A stretch of 64,000 nucleotides of DNA from a plasmid. The notes below the pieces were generated by a model. That model was not told the DNA's origin. It did no database searches and worked only from the letters and a program-made list of their open reading frames with translations. Shown here in pieces: positions 21,396 to 32,716 of the stretch. The position numbers were made by a program, and so were the translations under genes. Location of the stretch: NCBI RefSeq assembly GCF_054482525.1, contig NZ_JBTHVG010000007.1. One strand, 5' to 3'. The stretch's first letter is position 1. The number at the start of each line of letters is the position of its first letter.

Positions 21396-22388
21396 TCACA
21401 GGAAGACACAGTTACGTTTACGCCACATCAGGTAGCCGAAGTTTTTCTTTGTGTTGGGCGGATTTTTCCCGGTTTCCCAGCGGGTCACGCTGCGCCCGAA
21501 CGGGTGGCACTGCCCGCTGTCCGGATACATATTCACCATCTGGTAACGCCAGCGTTCTTTGGGCAGGATTGGGGACGGATATTCATTACAGACGGCGTTA
21601 TTTTTCCCGATGGTTTCCATAATCATGCCCTGACGGTGCAGCTTGAACGCCATGCGTTCACTGACCAGCAGGGAGGACTGCAACGGACTGGACTCATTAC
21701 TCACCCAGCCATTGAACGGGTACATACTTCCCTGCGAACCGGCACACCAGAACAGAACATCGAGAGGCATATTAAAGGCGCTGGCAATCGCATCTGCTGC
21801 GCAGGCTCCCTGTGCTATCGGATTGGCAAAGATGACAGCTTCCGGATTGAGAATGGTGGTCAGGCTGCTGTCCGTCCAGGTGGGGTCGATTTCAGAAAGA
21901 TAAGCGATATCCAGGTCACCACCTTCCAGACAGCCCAGCGATGTGATGATGTTCAGCCAGTACGTCAGCGGGTATTTGTACCAGTGAACGTGATAGAACG
22001 CCCCATTTACCTGCTTCTCATCCTTTTTCGCCGTTCCCTGTGCCGTTTTACCAAAAGCCGGCAGGCTGAAGCCCAGGTTCACCATGCATCCCGGTGACCG
22101 GGTGACGTCCGTCAACGCCATCGGCTCCCAGTAACCAATGGCCAGCCCGATACGCCTGAACAGCGGCGGCGGTGCCGGACAAATCTGAATGGGCATCGAC
22201 GGGTTCGCCGTGTCGGGGACCTTACCCTGACTGACTTTGATACTGCCCAGCGAGAGCGGGAAAATACAGCTCCAGCAGATATCTGTGATCGGGTTTACAA
22301 AACGCCCCTCACAGGCAGAATCCGCAGACGCCGCAGGGACATGACCGGCGAAAAGGAATAACATCAGCAGCCACAGCCTTCGCTTCAT
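21396..22388 (-). CDS. traU: TraU
   Basis: 330 aa with signal peptide; same length as F TraU. Confidence 0.9.
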   Translation of the reverse strand: MKRRLWLLMLFLFAGHVPAASADSACEGRFVNPITDICWSCIFPLSLGSIKVSQGKVPDTANPSMPIQICPAPPPLFRRIGLAIGYWEPMALTDVTRSPGCMVNLGFSLPAFGKTAQGTAKKDEKQVNGAFYHVHWYKYPLTYWLNIITSLGCLEGGDLDIAYLSEIDPTWTDSSLTTILNPEAVIFANPIAQGACAADAIASAFNMPLDVLFWCAGSQGSMYPFNGWVSNESSPLQSSLLVSERMAFKLHRQGMIMETIGKNNAVCNEYPSPILPKERWRYQMVNMYPDSGQCHPFGRSVTRWETGKNPPNTKKNFGYLMWRKRNCVFL

Positions 22389-23017
22389 TTTCTGCCCTCC
22401 TCTGCCGGAATAAATTCCACCTTCAGGAAGCGATCGCCGGGAACGGCGCTCACCCGTGCCGGGACCTGATCAATGCCGAGGCGCTGGCAGAGCACACCGT
22501 TCTGGTCAAAGTAAACACGGCTGTCCAGAGACTTCTGCATCTCCGGGATACTGCCTTGCACGAGGATAATTTTGCTCTCCAGTGTGGGCGGCGTCTGGCG
22601 TTTCATCCAGGCCACCTGCGCCGGATCATCGCCATTGATGAAATACAGCGTCTGGTTAAAAGGAACATACTGCAGCGGATTCATCACTTCACCCTGACGG
22701 GCAAACACCCGCCCTTCGTTATCCCGGATATCCGCAGCCAGTCTGACGGACGGGTCAAACAACCGGCTGCCGTATTTCTCCGTGCGTCCGATACCGGGCA
22801 CGGCAGGGGGCCGCAGACTGTTGCGGATCACCCGCTCCTTAAAGGCATCCATTTTCCGGCCCATCTCACCGGACTGCTCCAGTGCCGTCAGGCGCTGCAT
22901 GATCACCGTCAGCATGTCCGGCTCCTTTACCGGCCACAGATCGCCCCAGGTACCAAGATCGGCGGCGGCCACACTCTGCCCCCATATCAGCAGGGCAATC
23001 AGCCCCCGGCATCTCAT
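22385..23017 (-). CDS. traW: TraW
   Basis: 210 aa from MRCRGLIALLIWGQSVAA; the called ORF is extended 38 codons upstream. Confidence 0.85.
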   Translation of the reverse strand: MRCRGLIALLIWGQSVAAADLGTWGDLWPVKEPDMLTVIMQRLTALEQSGEMGRKMDAFKERVIRNSLRPPAVPGIGRTEKYGSRLFDPSVRLAADIRDNEGRVFARQGEVMNPLQYVPFNQTLYFINGDDPAQVAWMKRQTPPTLESKIILVQGSIPEMQKSLDSRVYFDQNGVLCQRLGIDQVPARVSAVPGDRFLKVEFIPAEEGRK

Positions 23018-23400
23018 GGTTCCGCCCTCATTCGCCGGGCAATATCCTGCTGGATTTCCCGGGTGATATCCGGTGCCCCCTGTACCACAGCAGGCGACAC
23101 CAGAATGACCGCGTGGTGTTTCTGCTGCCACGCCTGCAGGCTGGCTTCCAGTGCCGTGTTAAAACGCGCTGAAAGGGCTTTTGACTGCGCTTCTGACAGT
23201 TGTTTCTGACTGGCTCTGTCAAAAAACGCATCCACGGTCTGTTTCATGTTGAAGGCGACAGTCACCGGTGCGTTCAGTCTGACAATGCCGTAACTGACGG
23301 CTGCGTTCAGTAACACCATTGCCAGGCATCCCGGCACCGTCCACCACCAGTGGCTGCGTCGTTCTGCCATGACGTCGGCGGGTTTCTGCGTTGAACTCAT
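23014..23400 (-). CDS. trbI: TrbI
   Basis: 128 aa; same size and position as F TrbI. Confidence 0.75.
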   Translation of the reverse strand: MSSTQKPADVMAERRSHWWWTVPGCLAMVLLNAAVSYGIVRLNAPVTVAFNMKQTVDAFFDRASQKQLSEAQSKALSARFNTALEASLQAWQQKHHAVILVSPAVVQGAPDITREIQQDIARRMRAEP

Positions 23401-26024
23401 GCCACACTCCTGTATTTCTCATGTTCTTCCAGCCAGGCTTCCAGCGAAGCCATTTCCGGCCCTGACTTCTTCCACGCCAGCTGCCACACTGCCTCATGAA
23501 TACTCAGCCCCTCTTTACGCTTCTGCTGCACAAACTCAAAATCCGGGCCGTCAGAGCTGTACATGGCGCGGCTTAACGGGTCCACAAACAGACGGTGCCA
23601 GGAGGAATGGTTTTCCACCTGCAGCAGGAAGGAACTGAACCACTGGTCTTTGGCCGCACCAAACTTACCAATCATGTCGCGCTGCAGTGGCAGGAACTGG
23701 TCCGGATACAGTTGGTTGTATTTCGCGAACTCCTTCGCACTCTGTTTGAGGATAATTTTGTAGGAGGAGTTACCCCATGCCGCGCGGGCAGCACTGGAGG
23801 CCTTATCAGAGTCAAAGTCGACGATGTTCTGTGTGATGGTGATATAGGCACCGGTATGACGGCGGGCCGTACGGTAGCCTTTCTCAATAAATTCACCGAC
23901 CTTGTGATTTTTGAAGTCCAGCAGACGCCAGCCTTCATCAATAACGTTCAGTTTCTTGAGGTTACGCGGCGTGCGGTACATCCTGTTCTCGATGTAGATA
24001 ATCAGGGAGAACATCACCGCAACCAGCAGTGACGGACGGTCTTCCAGTCCGCCCAGCTCCAGCACCACCATTTTTGCGTCATCCCGCAGGGACGGCTCAT
24101 CAGAGTTAAAATACTGGCCGTAAGTGCCGTTGGCAGTGTACTGGTCAAGCAGCACAATCATTTCGTCCAGACGGCTGCGGATAGTCGGTGACTCGGCATA
24201 CTGCTCGCTGTCACTGGCGTTTTTCAGGAAATCCACCACGTCATCAATACGTGCTCTGTTCTCTTTGGCCAGCCAGGAGGCTCTGACCGCCTGCAACAGC
24301 AGACCTTCATGCACTTCATCCAGGTTACCGTTGGGGCTGGCCATCACTGACAACTGGTCACGGACACGCTCCGCTGACTGGTCAATATCGGTGATGTTCG
24401 CAAACGGGTTAAAACGCAGGGTTTCACCGTCCAGATACACCCCGCCCATGTTCTCACACAGGGACTTGTATCCATCCCCCATGTCGAACACCACGGCAAA
24501 GCCTCCGGAGTCCAGCACGCTGCGGATAAGTGGCTGTATCAGCCCGGTTTTACCGGCCCCGGAGGTGCCACAGACCGCCATGTTGTAGTTGGTGTTATTC
24601 ATCCCCCGGAAGAAAATATCGATAAACGCCAGCTGGTTACGGTAGGTGGGTGCCAGCAGACCTGCCGGTGTCAGGGGGTTATCCGCCACTAACGGCATCA
24701 GGTTGGCAACATTAAAGCTCTCTGCGCGCTGAACCACTCCGGCCTCTTTCAACTGTTTAAACAGCCCTTTCCCGGCCATAAAGGGCAGGCAGGTCAGGAA
24801 ATTGCGCATGTGGTTAAAGCGCGGTGAAATCAGCTCAAAACCGTTTTTACGAAAGCTGTTCAGGATGTCCTGCTCCACTTCCAGCGCCGTTTCATTATTG
24901 TCCTTGCAGAATGCTGTGATGTTGAGGAAGTAGGACACCACGGAGGACTGACCGGAGCCCAGCCGCTGACGCAGTTCCCCCCACTCCTTCGCCTCTTTCT
25001 CCACGGACGGAAACCATTTGGCATAGGAGGTCTTCGACTTTTTCTCCAGGTCCATGTACTTCAGGTTGGCTTCGCTGTGGGTTTTCACCTGGTCTTCCAC
25101 CACCAGAGTCAGCGTCAGGATGAACGGACAGGAGATGGACAGTTCCGGGTTCAGCAGGTTGCTGTAGTTGTCGGCCACGTTCCACAGGAAGGCGATTTCC
25201 GGGTTACGGGCCAGATGGAAATTCAGGATGCGGGCCGTGCTGTTCCTGCCGTTCTCACGCAGGCCCAGCGTCAGGTAATCAGCCCGGACTTTCAGATCAA
25301 AACTGTCCTCCACACACTGATAATTCAGATCAGAATACGGGTCCAGCTGACGTCTTTTCGGGTACAGGGAGTCCGGGTTATGGTTAATCATCTCCCCGAC
25401 AATATCGATAAAGGCCTGTGCATCCACCGTCTGTGTGGTGATACTGGCCCCCTGTAACGACGCCCGGATGATTTTCACCAGGTTTTCCATTTCCAGAATG
25501 TCGGCCCGGCTTTTTTTCTTCGAAGGAGAACAGTACGAGATAAACACCCGGTAATGGCGCAGGGTCAGGGGCAGATTCATCCCCTCCGGCAGCGGAAACT
25601 GTGTCGCTGCCGCTTTCATATAATAGGCCCGGGTAATGGCGTTAAACCGTTCAGCCTGTTCACCTGACCAGGAGAACTCACGCAGCCCGTATTCAATCCT
25701 GTCACCAACCAGCTGACTGGACATCAGATGGATACACAACGGAATACCGCGCGGCAGTTTGGTGCGCAGCATGTGATCGAGGGCCTCCACAATGGACTCA
25801 TTCGCCCCATTGATGGGGATGGCTTCCAGCATAAAGCCCATCGTGGTGTCATTCATGAACAGACCGGATTCCTGGTTGTAATCACGGTACGGCAGCAGAC
25901 GGCTGAACTGCGGGAAGCTCATTTCGCCCAGAACTTCATTGGCCTTTGCGGATTCGTCAGGCAGTTTCAGTGCTGTGACGAGGGAGTTAACCGCCTGAGT
26001 GACGGCCTCAAGTGGGTTATTCAC
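23397..26024 (-). CDS. traC: TraC (VirB4-like type IV secretion ATPase)
   Basis: 875 aa, Walker A GTSGAGKT; same length as F TraC. Confidence 0.95.
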   Translation of the reverse strand: MNNPLEAVTQAVNSLVTALKLPDESAKANEVLGEMSFPQFSRLLPYRDYNQESGLFMNDTTMGFMLEAIPINGANESIVEALDHMLRTKLPRGIPLCIHLMSSQLVGDRIEYGLREFSWSGEQAERFNAITRAYYMKAAATQFPLPEGMNLPLTLRHYRVFISYCSPSKKKSRADILEMENLVKIIRASLQGASITTQTVDAQAFIDIVGEMINHNPDSLYPKRRQLDPYSDLNYQCVEDSFDLKVRADYLTLGLRENGRNSTARILNFHLARNPEIAFLWNVADNYSNLLNPELSISCPFILTLTLVVEDQVKTHSEANLKYMDLEKKSKTSYAKWFPSVEKEAKEWGELRQRLGSGQSSVVSYFLNITAFCKDNNETALEVEQDILNSFRKNGFELISPRFNHMRNFLTCLPFMAGKGLFKQLKEAGVVQRAESFNVANLMPLVADNPLTPAGLLAPTYRNQLAFIDIFFRGMNNTNYNMAVCGTSGAGKTGLIQPLIRSVLDSGGFAVVFDMGDGYKSLCENMGGVYLDGETLRFNPFANITDIDQSAERVRDQLSVMASPNGNLDEVHEGLLLQAVRASWLAKENRARIDDVVDFLKNASDSEQYAESPTIRSRLDEMIVLLDQYTANGTYGQYFNSDEPSLRDDAKMVVLELGGLEDRPSLLVAVMFSLIIYIENRMYRTPRNLKKLNVIDEGWRLLDFKNHKVGEFIEKGYRTARRHTGAYITITQNIVDFDSDKASSAARAAWGNSSYKIILKQSAKEFAKYNQLYPDQFLPLQRDMIGKFGAAKDQWFSSFLLQVENHSSWHRLFVDPLSRAMYSSDGPDFEFVQQKRKEGLSIHEAVWQLAWKKSGPEMASLEAWLEEHEKYRSVA

Positions 26025-26183
26025 ATGAATTCCTTAGTTGAAAAATAAAGCGAGAAATGCGGTAGCCATGAAGGGAATACCTGTAATTAACGCGCCATTT
26101 CCCGGCGCATATACAAAGATTTCTGTTTTCTGAATATCCACTCATGTTCATCCGGAATTAAATCACTATGTTCTGCGACTGAC

Positions 26184-26405
26184 TTATGCATAATGTTTTC
26201 TCTGTCTTTCCTGATACGCCTGACATTCAACGCACAACGTCACACCGGGAAATATTTTCCGCCGGGCTTCCGGAATAGGATTTCCGCATGCTTCACAGAG
26301 ATAAACAGGAATACCATGAGCATTTATTTTCTGGCGTATCCGGTTTATTCCTGTCATGGTCAGTTGTTCTGTCACTGAATATGCTTCATCGGCTTCATCA
26401 CTCAC
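26184..26405 (-). CDS. traR: TraR (DksA/TraR C4 zinc-finger protein)
   Basis: 73 aa with CEACGNPIP...CVECQ zinc finger. Confidence 0.8.
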   Translation of the reverse strand: MSDEADEAYSVTEQLTMTGINRIRQKINAHGIPVYLCEACGNPIPEARRKIFPGVTLCVECQAYQERQRKHYA

Positions 26406-26539
26406 GGAATATTCCTCCCGACATGTTCTGACACGCTACCGCCCATCCCTTTTCACGCACAGGGCACTCGTTTTACAGGCAGATTTTGAATACAGAAAGC
26501 CCGCCGGCATTGCCGGCTGATATACAACTTCAGGGCCAG

Positions 26540-27055
26540 TTAATTAATACGTGGTTTTCCCCACGCAGACGGTTTAATAACAAAAAACACGCTGGATGGC
26601 TGATGATAAACATCCTGGTTATCAATATAAGGCGCTATCCATAATGCTGCCGTCTGCTCACCCGTTCTTAGCGGACGAGGAGGTGTTACCGGCGTAACTG
26701 AACTGACCGGAACAACCGTTTTCACTTCCCGGGCAGCGGTAAACAGCGGGCGAGGTGCCAGCAGTTTCTGCTCCGGATGTGCTGTCACCGCAGGTCTGCT
26801 GCCGGACGGAGTGGTCGCGGTGACGGTCTGCACCGGCATTGTCCGGAAGTTCCCTTCAGCCAGGCGCGGCAGTGATGCCGCAACCGGCTTTGCTTCTGAG
26901 GACTGCTCCAGTTTTTTGGCCTTCTCATTGGCCTGCTCCATCGTCATACAGGTATCGGATGTGGTGGCGTTACACTCAAATTCCGTACTGGTTCCGGCAC
27001 AGCCGGAAAGTAATAAGGTCCCCAGCAGAGGAATAAAGAAAGAAATCTGTTTCAT
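26540..27055 (-). CDS. traV: TraV lipoprotein
   Basis: 171 aa with lipobox LLSGCAG. Confidence 0.85.
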   Translation of the reverse strand: MKQISFFIPLLGTLLLSGCAGTSTEFECNATTSDTCMTMEQANEKAKKLEQSSEAKPVAASLPRLAEGNFRTMPVQTVTATTPSGSRPAVTAHPEQKLLAPRPLFTAAREVKTVVPVSSVTPVTPPRPLRTGEQTAALWIAPYIDNQDVYHQPSSVFFVIKPSAWGKPRIN

Positions 27056-27303
27056 TGTCCCTCACCTTTCTCATCGCAGTTCACAAAATCCTTCTTCAAA
27101 TCCCTGACCGTACAGGTTTTTACAATGTCAGGATTTTCAAAAACCGTACTCCGTGATGATTTATAAACATATGCCACAATGCGTTTCCCACCCGCATCAG
27201 GTTCTGGTGCACTGACTTCACATAACGGAGGTGTTATTCCGGACTCATACAGCACCGGATAATTTATTTTTTTGACGCTGCCATCAGAAACCAGCTTATT
27301 CAT
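27052..27303 (-). CDS. trbG: TrbG
   Basis: 83 aa in the trbD-traV slot. Confidence 0.55.
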   Translation of the reverse strand: MNKLVSDGSVKKINYPVLYESGITPPLCEVSAPEPDAGGKRIVAYVYKSSRSTVFENPDIVKTCTVRDLKKDFVNCDEKGEGQ

Positions 27304-27314
27304 CGAAGGGTTCC

Positions 27315-27512
27315 TTATATTTCTGAATTCTTCATCACACCGACAGCAGTCATATTAAAATTGTCCGGCAATGACTCAGAACCGAATTTCTCCGGTGCAG
27401 GAAGTACGATTCTTGTGGCGCAGTTACTGAGAACAGCATGCATAAAATCATCTGACACGGTTTTACCCGGCACAGAGAGGGCTGTAATAACATTAATATT
27501 ACGCATGTTCAT
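27315..27512 (-). CDS. trbD: TrbD
   Basis: 65 aa from the internal Met MNMRNINVITALS; position matches F. Confidence 0.5.
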   Translation of the reverse strand: MNMRNINVITALSVPGKTVSDDFMHAVLSNCATRIVLPAPEKFGSESLPDNFNMTAVGVMKNSEI

Positions 27513-28092
27513 TTTTATCTCCGTTGTTTCTGTTTGTTCTGTCATCAGGAAGATAAACAGGGCATTTCCTGATTTTTCCCGGCAGGGAAGCGTCTTCCGT
27601 ATAAACTTCCTTCAGATGTTCATCTGCGGTTACCACCCGGATACATTTCATTTTTCCGGGTCGCACCGGATATTTCCCGGTGATCGCTGCCAGCGAGACA
27701 TACATCAGTGCCAGTGTTGCCCATAATGCGGTGACCAGTTGCATCAGTGACCGGTCAGTCTCCCTGACATAATCTGCAGCATCAGCCGCGCGGTAATGGC
27801 AGATATCCTGTATTTCTGATCTGCCTGAAGAATCAGAGGAAGAAAACCAGCATTCACTGACCGGGAACTGTCCGGCAGGTGCTGTTTGTCTTACGAAGTT
27901 AATCTCCTTAACCAGTAATTTCCCCGGCGTGGTGTTGTCCTTCCATAAAACAAACAGAGCCATCAGGGCCATTGTGGCCAGTGGCAGAATGACGGTGTAC
28001 TTCAGACACCAGAACAGTCCTCGCAGAACCCGGGCGACAACATACCGGGCGGCATGGCCCGCCTGACGGGACGACGTATTATTTGCCATCAT
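27499..28092 (-). CDS. traP: TraP
   Basis: 197-aa membrane protein between traB and trbD. Confidence 0.65.
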   Translation of the reverse strand: MMANNTSSRQAGHAARYVVARVLRGLFWCLKYTVILPLATMALMALFVLWKDNTTPGKLLVKEINFVRQTAPAGQFPVSECWFSSSDSSGRSEIQDICHYRAADAADYVRETDRSLMQLVTALWATLALMYVSLAAITGKYPVRPGKMKCIRVVTADEHLKEVYTEDASLPGKIRKCPVYLPDDRTNRNNGDKNEHA

Positions 28093-29506
28093 TGCCCCCT
28101 CCCTGACTGCCGGACATAAACTGCTGCGGATTCAGGTTGCCCAGCTGCTTCAGCATCTGGTCAGTATTAAAGCCGTTAAGATGACTTTCAGCTGATGGCG
28201 GAACAGGAACCGGACTTTCCGGATTGTCTTCTTCCGCTCTGCTCTGCGTGCGTTCCAGCGCCATCTCTTCCACGGTTTTCAGCTGGAAGCCGTCCTGGAA
28301 CACCACGGTCACTTCGTTGCCCGCACCAATCGGTATCACCGGGTGATACTGTTCGGCACGTTTGATGTAGTAGTCACTGAGCGTCTGTGCGGCTTTCGAT
28401 GCGCCGCCACCGATACCCATTTTAAGGACATCGCCGGCCCCGTAAGCAGCAGTGGCACCCAGCCCGACAGCCGGCTGGGAGGCGCGCTCCATTCCCTGAC
28501 CGATACCGTCAACAAATCCCGCGCCCCATGCCCAGCCGAGGATTTTGCCGTTACGCATCACCACTTCGCCCTTGATACCGTTTTTACCCCGGAAGCTGAC
28601 ATGCCCCTTAATCGGCATATCAATAGTTTTGCCGTCCTTCAGGCAGCTGATATTGCGGGTACGTACAATGGCACGCTCACTGGACACATCCCCCCAGGCT
28701 TCCAGACCAACAAAACATCCCGTTGCGTCATACGTCTTGCTGTTCGGCATTTCCACCAGGCCGGTGATACGCAGCTGCATCGGCACCGTGGATTCATTAC
28801 CGGTGACAGAGGCATTGGCATCCGCCCCTTCAATCAGCATGGCTTTCGCAAAACTTCCTGACGGAATGTACGGCAGTGATGGTCCCTGTTTTCCCTCATT
28901 ACGGGTAAACACCTTACGCTGTATCCGGTTAGGCACCGGCACAGACTGGTACGTCACCTGTGGTGGTGGCGTGACACCATTCCCGGGATAAAACGCCGTC
29001 GGCGGTGGAACAGCAACGCTGCCCTGCGGCGGGAAGGATACGGGGGTGTTTCCTGGCTGTGGTTCGCCTTCCGGGCCGGGCGGTGAGGCAGGCATCTGCG
29101 GTACAGGCTCACCGGTCGCCGTGACGGGATTAGCACCCAGGGCTTTTACCTGCTCTGCCAGGGCGGCATTGTCCTGTCCCAACTTTTCAATACGACGCTG
29201 GTCATCACCGCGCTGTTTGTTCAGAACATCCAGCTCACGACGGATTTCCTCATACTGCTTCTGCATCTGCGCTGCCGTCACCTGCATCTCGGTGGTGGCA
29301 TGCTGACGCACCTTGTCATCAAAGGTCGTATCCACCACACCGGTCATATCCGGCACAGGCTCCTGTTCAGCCACGGTTTCACCGTTACCGGACATGTCCA
29401 CATCAGACAGATACAGTGCCCCACCAATCGCGGAGGCTGTACCGACAACCACAATCCCCAGCCACAGGTACTGCTTGCGTTTCACAATGGTATTGATACT
29501 GGCCAT
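28079..29506 (-). CDS. traB: TraB (VirB10-like)
   Basis: 475 aa, N-terminal TM anchor, proline-rich linker; same length as F TraB. Confidence 0.9.
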   Translation of the reverse strand: MASINTIVKRKQYLWLGIVVVGTASAIGGALYLSDVDMSGNGETVAEQEPVPDMTGVVDTTFDDKVRQHATTEMQVTAAQMQKQYEEIRRELDVLNKQRGDDQRRIEKLGQDNAALAEQVKALGANPVTATGEPVPQMPASPPGPEGEPQPGNTPVSFPPQGSVAVPPPTAFYPGNGVTPPPQVTYQSVPVPNRIQRKVFTRNEGKQGPSLPYIPSGSFAKAMLIEGADANASVTGNESTVPMQLRITGLVEMPNSKTYDATGCFVGLEAWGDVSSERAIVRTRNISCLKDGKTIDMPIKGHVSFRGKNGIKGEVVMRNGKILGWAWGAGFVDGIGQGMERASQPAVGLGATAAYGAGDVLKMGIGGGASKAAQTLSDYYIKRAEQYHPVIPIGAGNEVTVVFQDGFQLKTVEEMALERTQSRAEEDNPESPVPVPPSAESHLNGFNTDQMLKQLGNLNPQQFMSGSQGGGNDGK

Positions 29507-30234
29507 CAGTTGCCCTCCCCGTCACGGATGACATACACATCCATGCGCGCACCTGCCAGTAACTGGCTGGCAGGCTGGCTGAACATCACGGCACGGGTTC
29601 CCGGCTGCCAGAAGTCACTTTCCCGGATATTCAGGGCAGACAGCGTTTTATTTTCCACGGCAAAGCGGACCATCTTCAGGTGATTCCCCGTCCATACGGC
29701 ATCTGCCACTGAAGACAGCCCCGCCGGGGCCTGCAGGGTTTCCTTTGTCACTGGGACCTGATACCAGCCTGCGGGTAATTTTCCGCCACGGACGGCCTGG
29801 CTGATGGTCACAAGCAGGGATTCGTAAGGCGTGGACGTTTCCCACGCACCGGCTTCTTCTCCGGTTCCGCGCAGGTCACTGACCAGCTGAATGGTACGCC
29901 CCGCGCCTTCACGGGGAACGGCCTGAATGGAAAGATTCAGACCACGTTCTGTTTCCAGAATGAACGTAAAGGGCTTTTTGTTGACGGTGGCAACCACCAC
30001 ACCGCCGGAGGCGGTCTGCTCATTATTGGTCAGGGCACCATCCAGACTGTTCACGGCGATAATCCGGTCACCGGGAACGGTAAACAGATTCGGGCTGGTA
30101 TTGCTGATGGCAATACTGGCCTGACCACCGTTCACCATTGGCACCACGGTGGGGGCCAGCGTACCGTTTGCGGCCATCACGCTGCAGGAAAAAAACAGGC
30201 TGCCGAATATTATTGCCGTATTATTTTTTCTCAT
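29506..30234 (-). CDS. traK: TraK (secretin/VirB9-like)
   Basis: 242 aa with signal peptide. Confidence 0.85.
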   Translation of the reverse strand: MRKNNTAIIFGSLFFSCSVMAANGTLAPTVVPMVNGGQASIAISNTSPNLFTVPGDRIIAVNSLDGALTNNEQTASGGVVVATVNKKPFTFILETERGLNLSIQAVPREGAGRTIQLVSDLRGTGEEAGAWETSTPYESLLVTISQAVRGGKLPAGWYQVPVTKETLQAPAGLSSVADAVWTGNHLKMVRFAVENKTLSALNIRESDFWQPGTRAVMFSQPASQLLAGARMDVYVIRDGEGN

Positions 30235-30787
30235 CGTCTGTTTCCCCGAAATTATCCAGCCAGGTCACCCCGTTTTCCCGCTTCAGAATAAGGATGTAAT
30301 GTTTGATATCAGTGAAAGGTTTTGAATCACCAATCCAGGTTTTAAGCACACCTCGAATTTCCACACGGCCATACTGAGGCCAGACACGAACACTGGTCTG
30401 GAAAAAGGCTGAGTTCACGTTATCGTTTTTAATACGCTTCGCTTCTTCAGCCAGAATAACTTTCATCTGGTTCTGTGCGCCCGGGCGGATATATTGCAGA
30501 AGCGCCTGATGTGAGGCATCGACGGTTTCTGATGAAACATTCAGACGGAGGGCAATAAATGACAGCGCCATCTGCTGTAAATAAGAGGCGTCGGCACTGT
30601 TCTGTGACACGGCAAAGGGGGCATTAAATGCCATTGGCGTCACGGCAGTGCGTTGCTCATTCTGAAGACGGTAGTTATTCACCCCCTGAATGACGTTAAC
30701 AGAGAGGCTGAGAACAATAAGCACTGACATAAATATAAAGGCGATGGCCATTACACGACTGGTACTTAAACGGGCACCGTGTTCCAT
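30221..30787 (-). CDS. traE: TraE
   Basis: 188 aa with N-terminal TM segment. Confidence 0.85.
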   Translation of the reverse strand: MEHGARLSTSRVMAIAFIFMSVLIVLSLSVNVIQGVNNYRLQNEQRTAVTPMAFNAPFAVSQNSADASYLQQMALSFIALRLNVSSETVDASHQALLQYIRPGAQNQMKVILAEEAKRIKNDNVNSAFFQTSVRVWPQYGRVEIRGVLKTWIGDSKPFTDIKHYILILKRENGVTWLDNFGETDDEKK

Positions 30788-30808
30788 ATAACAATCCTGG
30801 TATCAGTT

Positions 30809-31120
30809 CTATTTAATCCACTGCCGGAAACACGAATCGGGAACATTATGAAAAATACCGCGCAGCAGGGCTGTTGGCATATACCAGTAAATCAGGTCAC
30901 GTAACCAGGAACTGCCCCGCCCTTTTTTCAGTTTTTTAATCCCGAAATAAACCAGAACCGCTGCACCAATACCGAACAGATATTTCGATGTTGTGATACC
31001 CCAGCCAATACAGATTGCTGCGGGGATCAGTTCATCCAGTGGCAGGCCAAACCAGCGGCTCTGGTTGGTCAGTGTTTCCGGGAAACGATATTTCTTAAGT
31101 TTATTCTCGTCTCCCGACAT
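30809..31120 (-). CDS. traL: TraL
   Basis: small membrane protein directly downstream of traA; the true start may lie inside the called ORF. Confidence 0.75.
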
Positions 31121-31134
31121 CGTTTTATTTCCTG

Positions 31135-31500
31135 TCAGAGGCCAACGACGGCCATACCCACAGCAATAAATACAGAGATGATGGCAAAACCGGCCAGGAA
31201 CTTGACGTTTTTGGTCATCATGTACATGACAGCACCGACCAGAACTTCAGCCAGAACAACCCATTTAACAACACTGGAGTCCTTACCGAAGGTCGCCTTA
31301 ACCGTGGTGTTACCGCTTGCCATCAGGTCCTGACCACTGCTGCCGGCGGCCATCGCCAGCTGCGGGAAGAACATCATCAGAACAGCAGCCGGGATCACTG
31401 CGCGAGCCAGGCGAAGCATATTCAGACGAGTGAATTTAGAAAAAAACGACTTCTTTTTGACGGGCGCAGAAGCACCCTGAACACTTAAAACAGCATTCAT
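31135..31500 (-). CDS. traA: TraA propilin (F-pilin precursor)
   Basis: 121 aa: long leader, then [70 protein letters not shown]. Confidence 0.95.
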
Positions 31501-31532
31501 AAGTTACCTCAATTTCGGATAAATGAATAAAA

Positions 31533-31934
31533 CTAGAGTGTATTAAATGTTATATCTTCCTCTTTATCTGCCTCCCTGAATATCTCCGAGTTATAAAAAT
31601 CAGGAAACTTGATCAAATGATCAATAACTCTGTCTGCAGCCTCATCTGTTTTACACCATCCACTACGATTTTTGGCTGCAATAAGTAGCTGGTTAGTTTC
31701 ATCATCCAGACGCATTGTCAGATACTTAACCAGCGACTTACCATAGATATTCCCTGCCCTGTTAAACTTTGGATAGCGGTGAAGATGATCTTTAAGTCTT
31801 ATTACTGCCTCAAACGATCGACTTCTTCCGCTTCTGTTACTTGCCTCAATTAATAGACTTTCCACATCTACAGGTAATTTTAGTTTTACCATCTTACCTG
31901 TTGCAGAACGTGTACCAAATCTTTTCAATAACAC
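31533..31934 (-). CDS. traY: TraY ribbon-helix-helix oriT-binding protein
   Basis: about 131 aa with a duplicated RHH motif (KLKLPVDVESLLIEASNRSG / VKYLTMRLDDETNQLLIAAKNRSG). Confidence 0.85.
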   Translation of the reverse strand: MLLKRFGTRSATGKMVKLKLPVDVESLLIEASNRSGRSRSFEAVIRLKDHLHRYPKFNRAGNIYGKSLVKYLTMRLDDETNQLLIAAKNRSGWCKTDEAADRVIDHLIKFPDFYNSEIFREADKEEDITFNTL

Positions 31935-32026
31935 CTCCCGCTGTTTATCTTCTGGTTACCACTTATGTTTACAGAATAATCAGAAAAGGTAAATAGACGG
32001 AAAGTCTATATTTTATTAACACCTTA
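31935..32026 (-). promoter_or_regulatory. P_Y region (main tra operon promoter, TraJ-dependent)
   Basis: AT-rich spacer between the traJ stop and traY start; functional assignment by analogy with F. Confidence 0.5.
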
Positions 32027-32716
32027 TTAACGCGTATTTATGATACACATAGCCTTCTCGTATAAATAATAAATAAACTTTTTATTGTAGAGTAAGATAA
32101 TTAACTCATCTTTATTAGAAACAGAGAAGTAGTCGCATATCAGAGATGCGTGTTTCTTTGATGTGGAGATGGATATATTTAATATTCTTGCTATAGCATT
32201 ATGACTGATTCCGGTGCTATATAAGTAAAAGACATCATTTACATATGATGATACAGAAGAATCATCACTCATTCTTCTGATTATATTTCTGATATCATCA
32301 CTGACAATCGTTTTTTGATTATAACTGTCTTTATGACGAACATGAGCAGCATCATAAAATTGCCACAGAATAATATTTCTGTGTCCATTAAGAAATGACT
32401 GGACAGATATTGTCCAGAATCTGTTCTGAATAAAAACATCCTCTACAAGATTAAGATGCGTATGCTCATTCCTGTATGCTTCCATCTCTGTGACAGAGAT
32501 CAATTCACAAAAATCTCTCTGCGACAGAAGCCATTTTTCAGCACTTTGATCTTGTGTAAGAAATGACTCATGAAACAGCGTATTGCAAAAAATAAATTTT
32601 CCAGTTTCGTCCCTGATACAGGCTGGATTTGGATAATCCTGAATAACTGCCGTCAGATTTTCCAGCAGATCTATTTGACGAGCATGTTTTTGTTGAATAC
32701 GATCCATCGGATACAT
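32027..32716 (-). CDS. traJ: TraJ transfer activator
   Basis: 229 aa from MYPMDRIQQKHARQIDLLEN; the called ORF is extended 27 codons upstream. Confidence 0.85.
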   Translation of the reverse strand: MYPMDRIQQKHARQIDLLENLTAVIQDYPNPACIRDETGKFIFCNTLFHESFLTQDQSAEKWLLSQRDFCELISVTEMEAYRNEHTHLNLVEDVFIQNRFWTISVQSFLNGHRNIILWQFYDAAHVRHKDSYNQKTIVSDDIRNIIRRMSDDSSVSSYVNDVFYLYSTGISHNAIARILNISISTSKKHASLICDYFSVSNKDELIILLYNKKFIYYLYEKAMCIINTR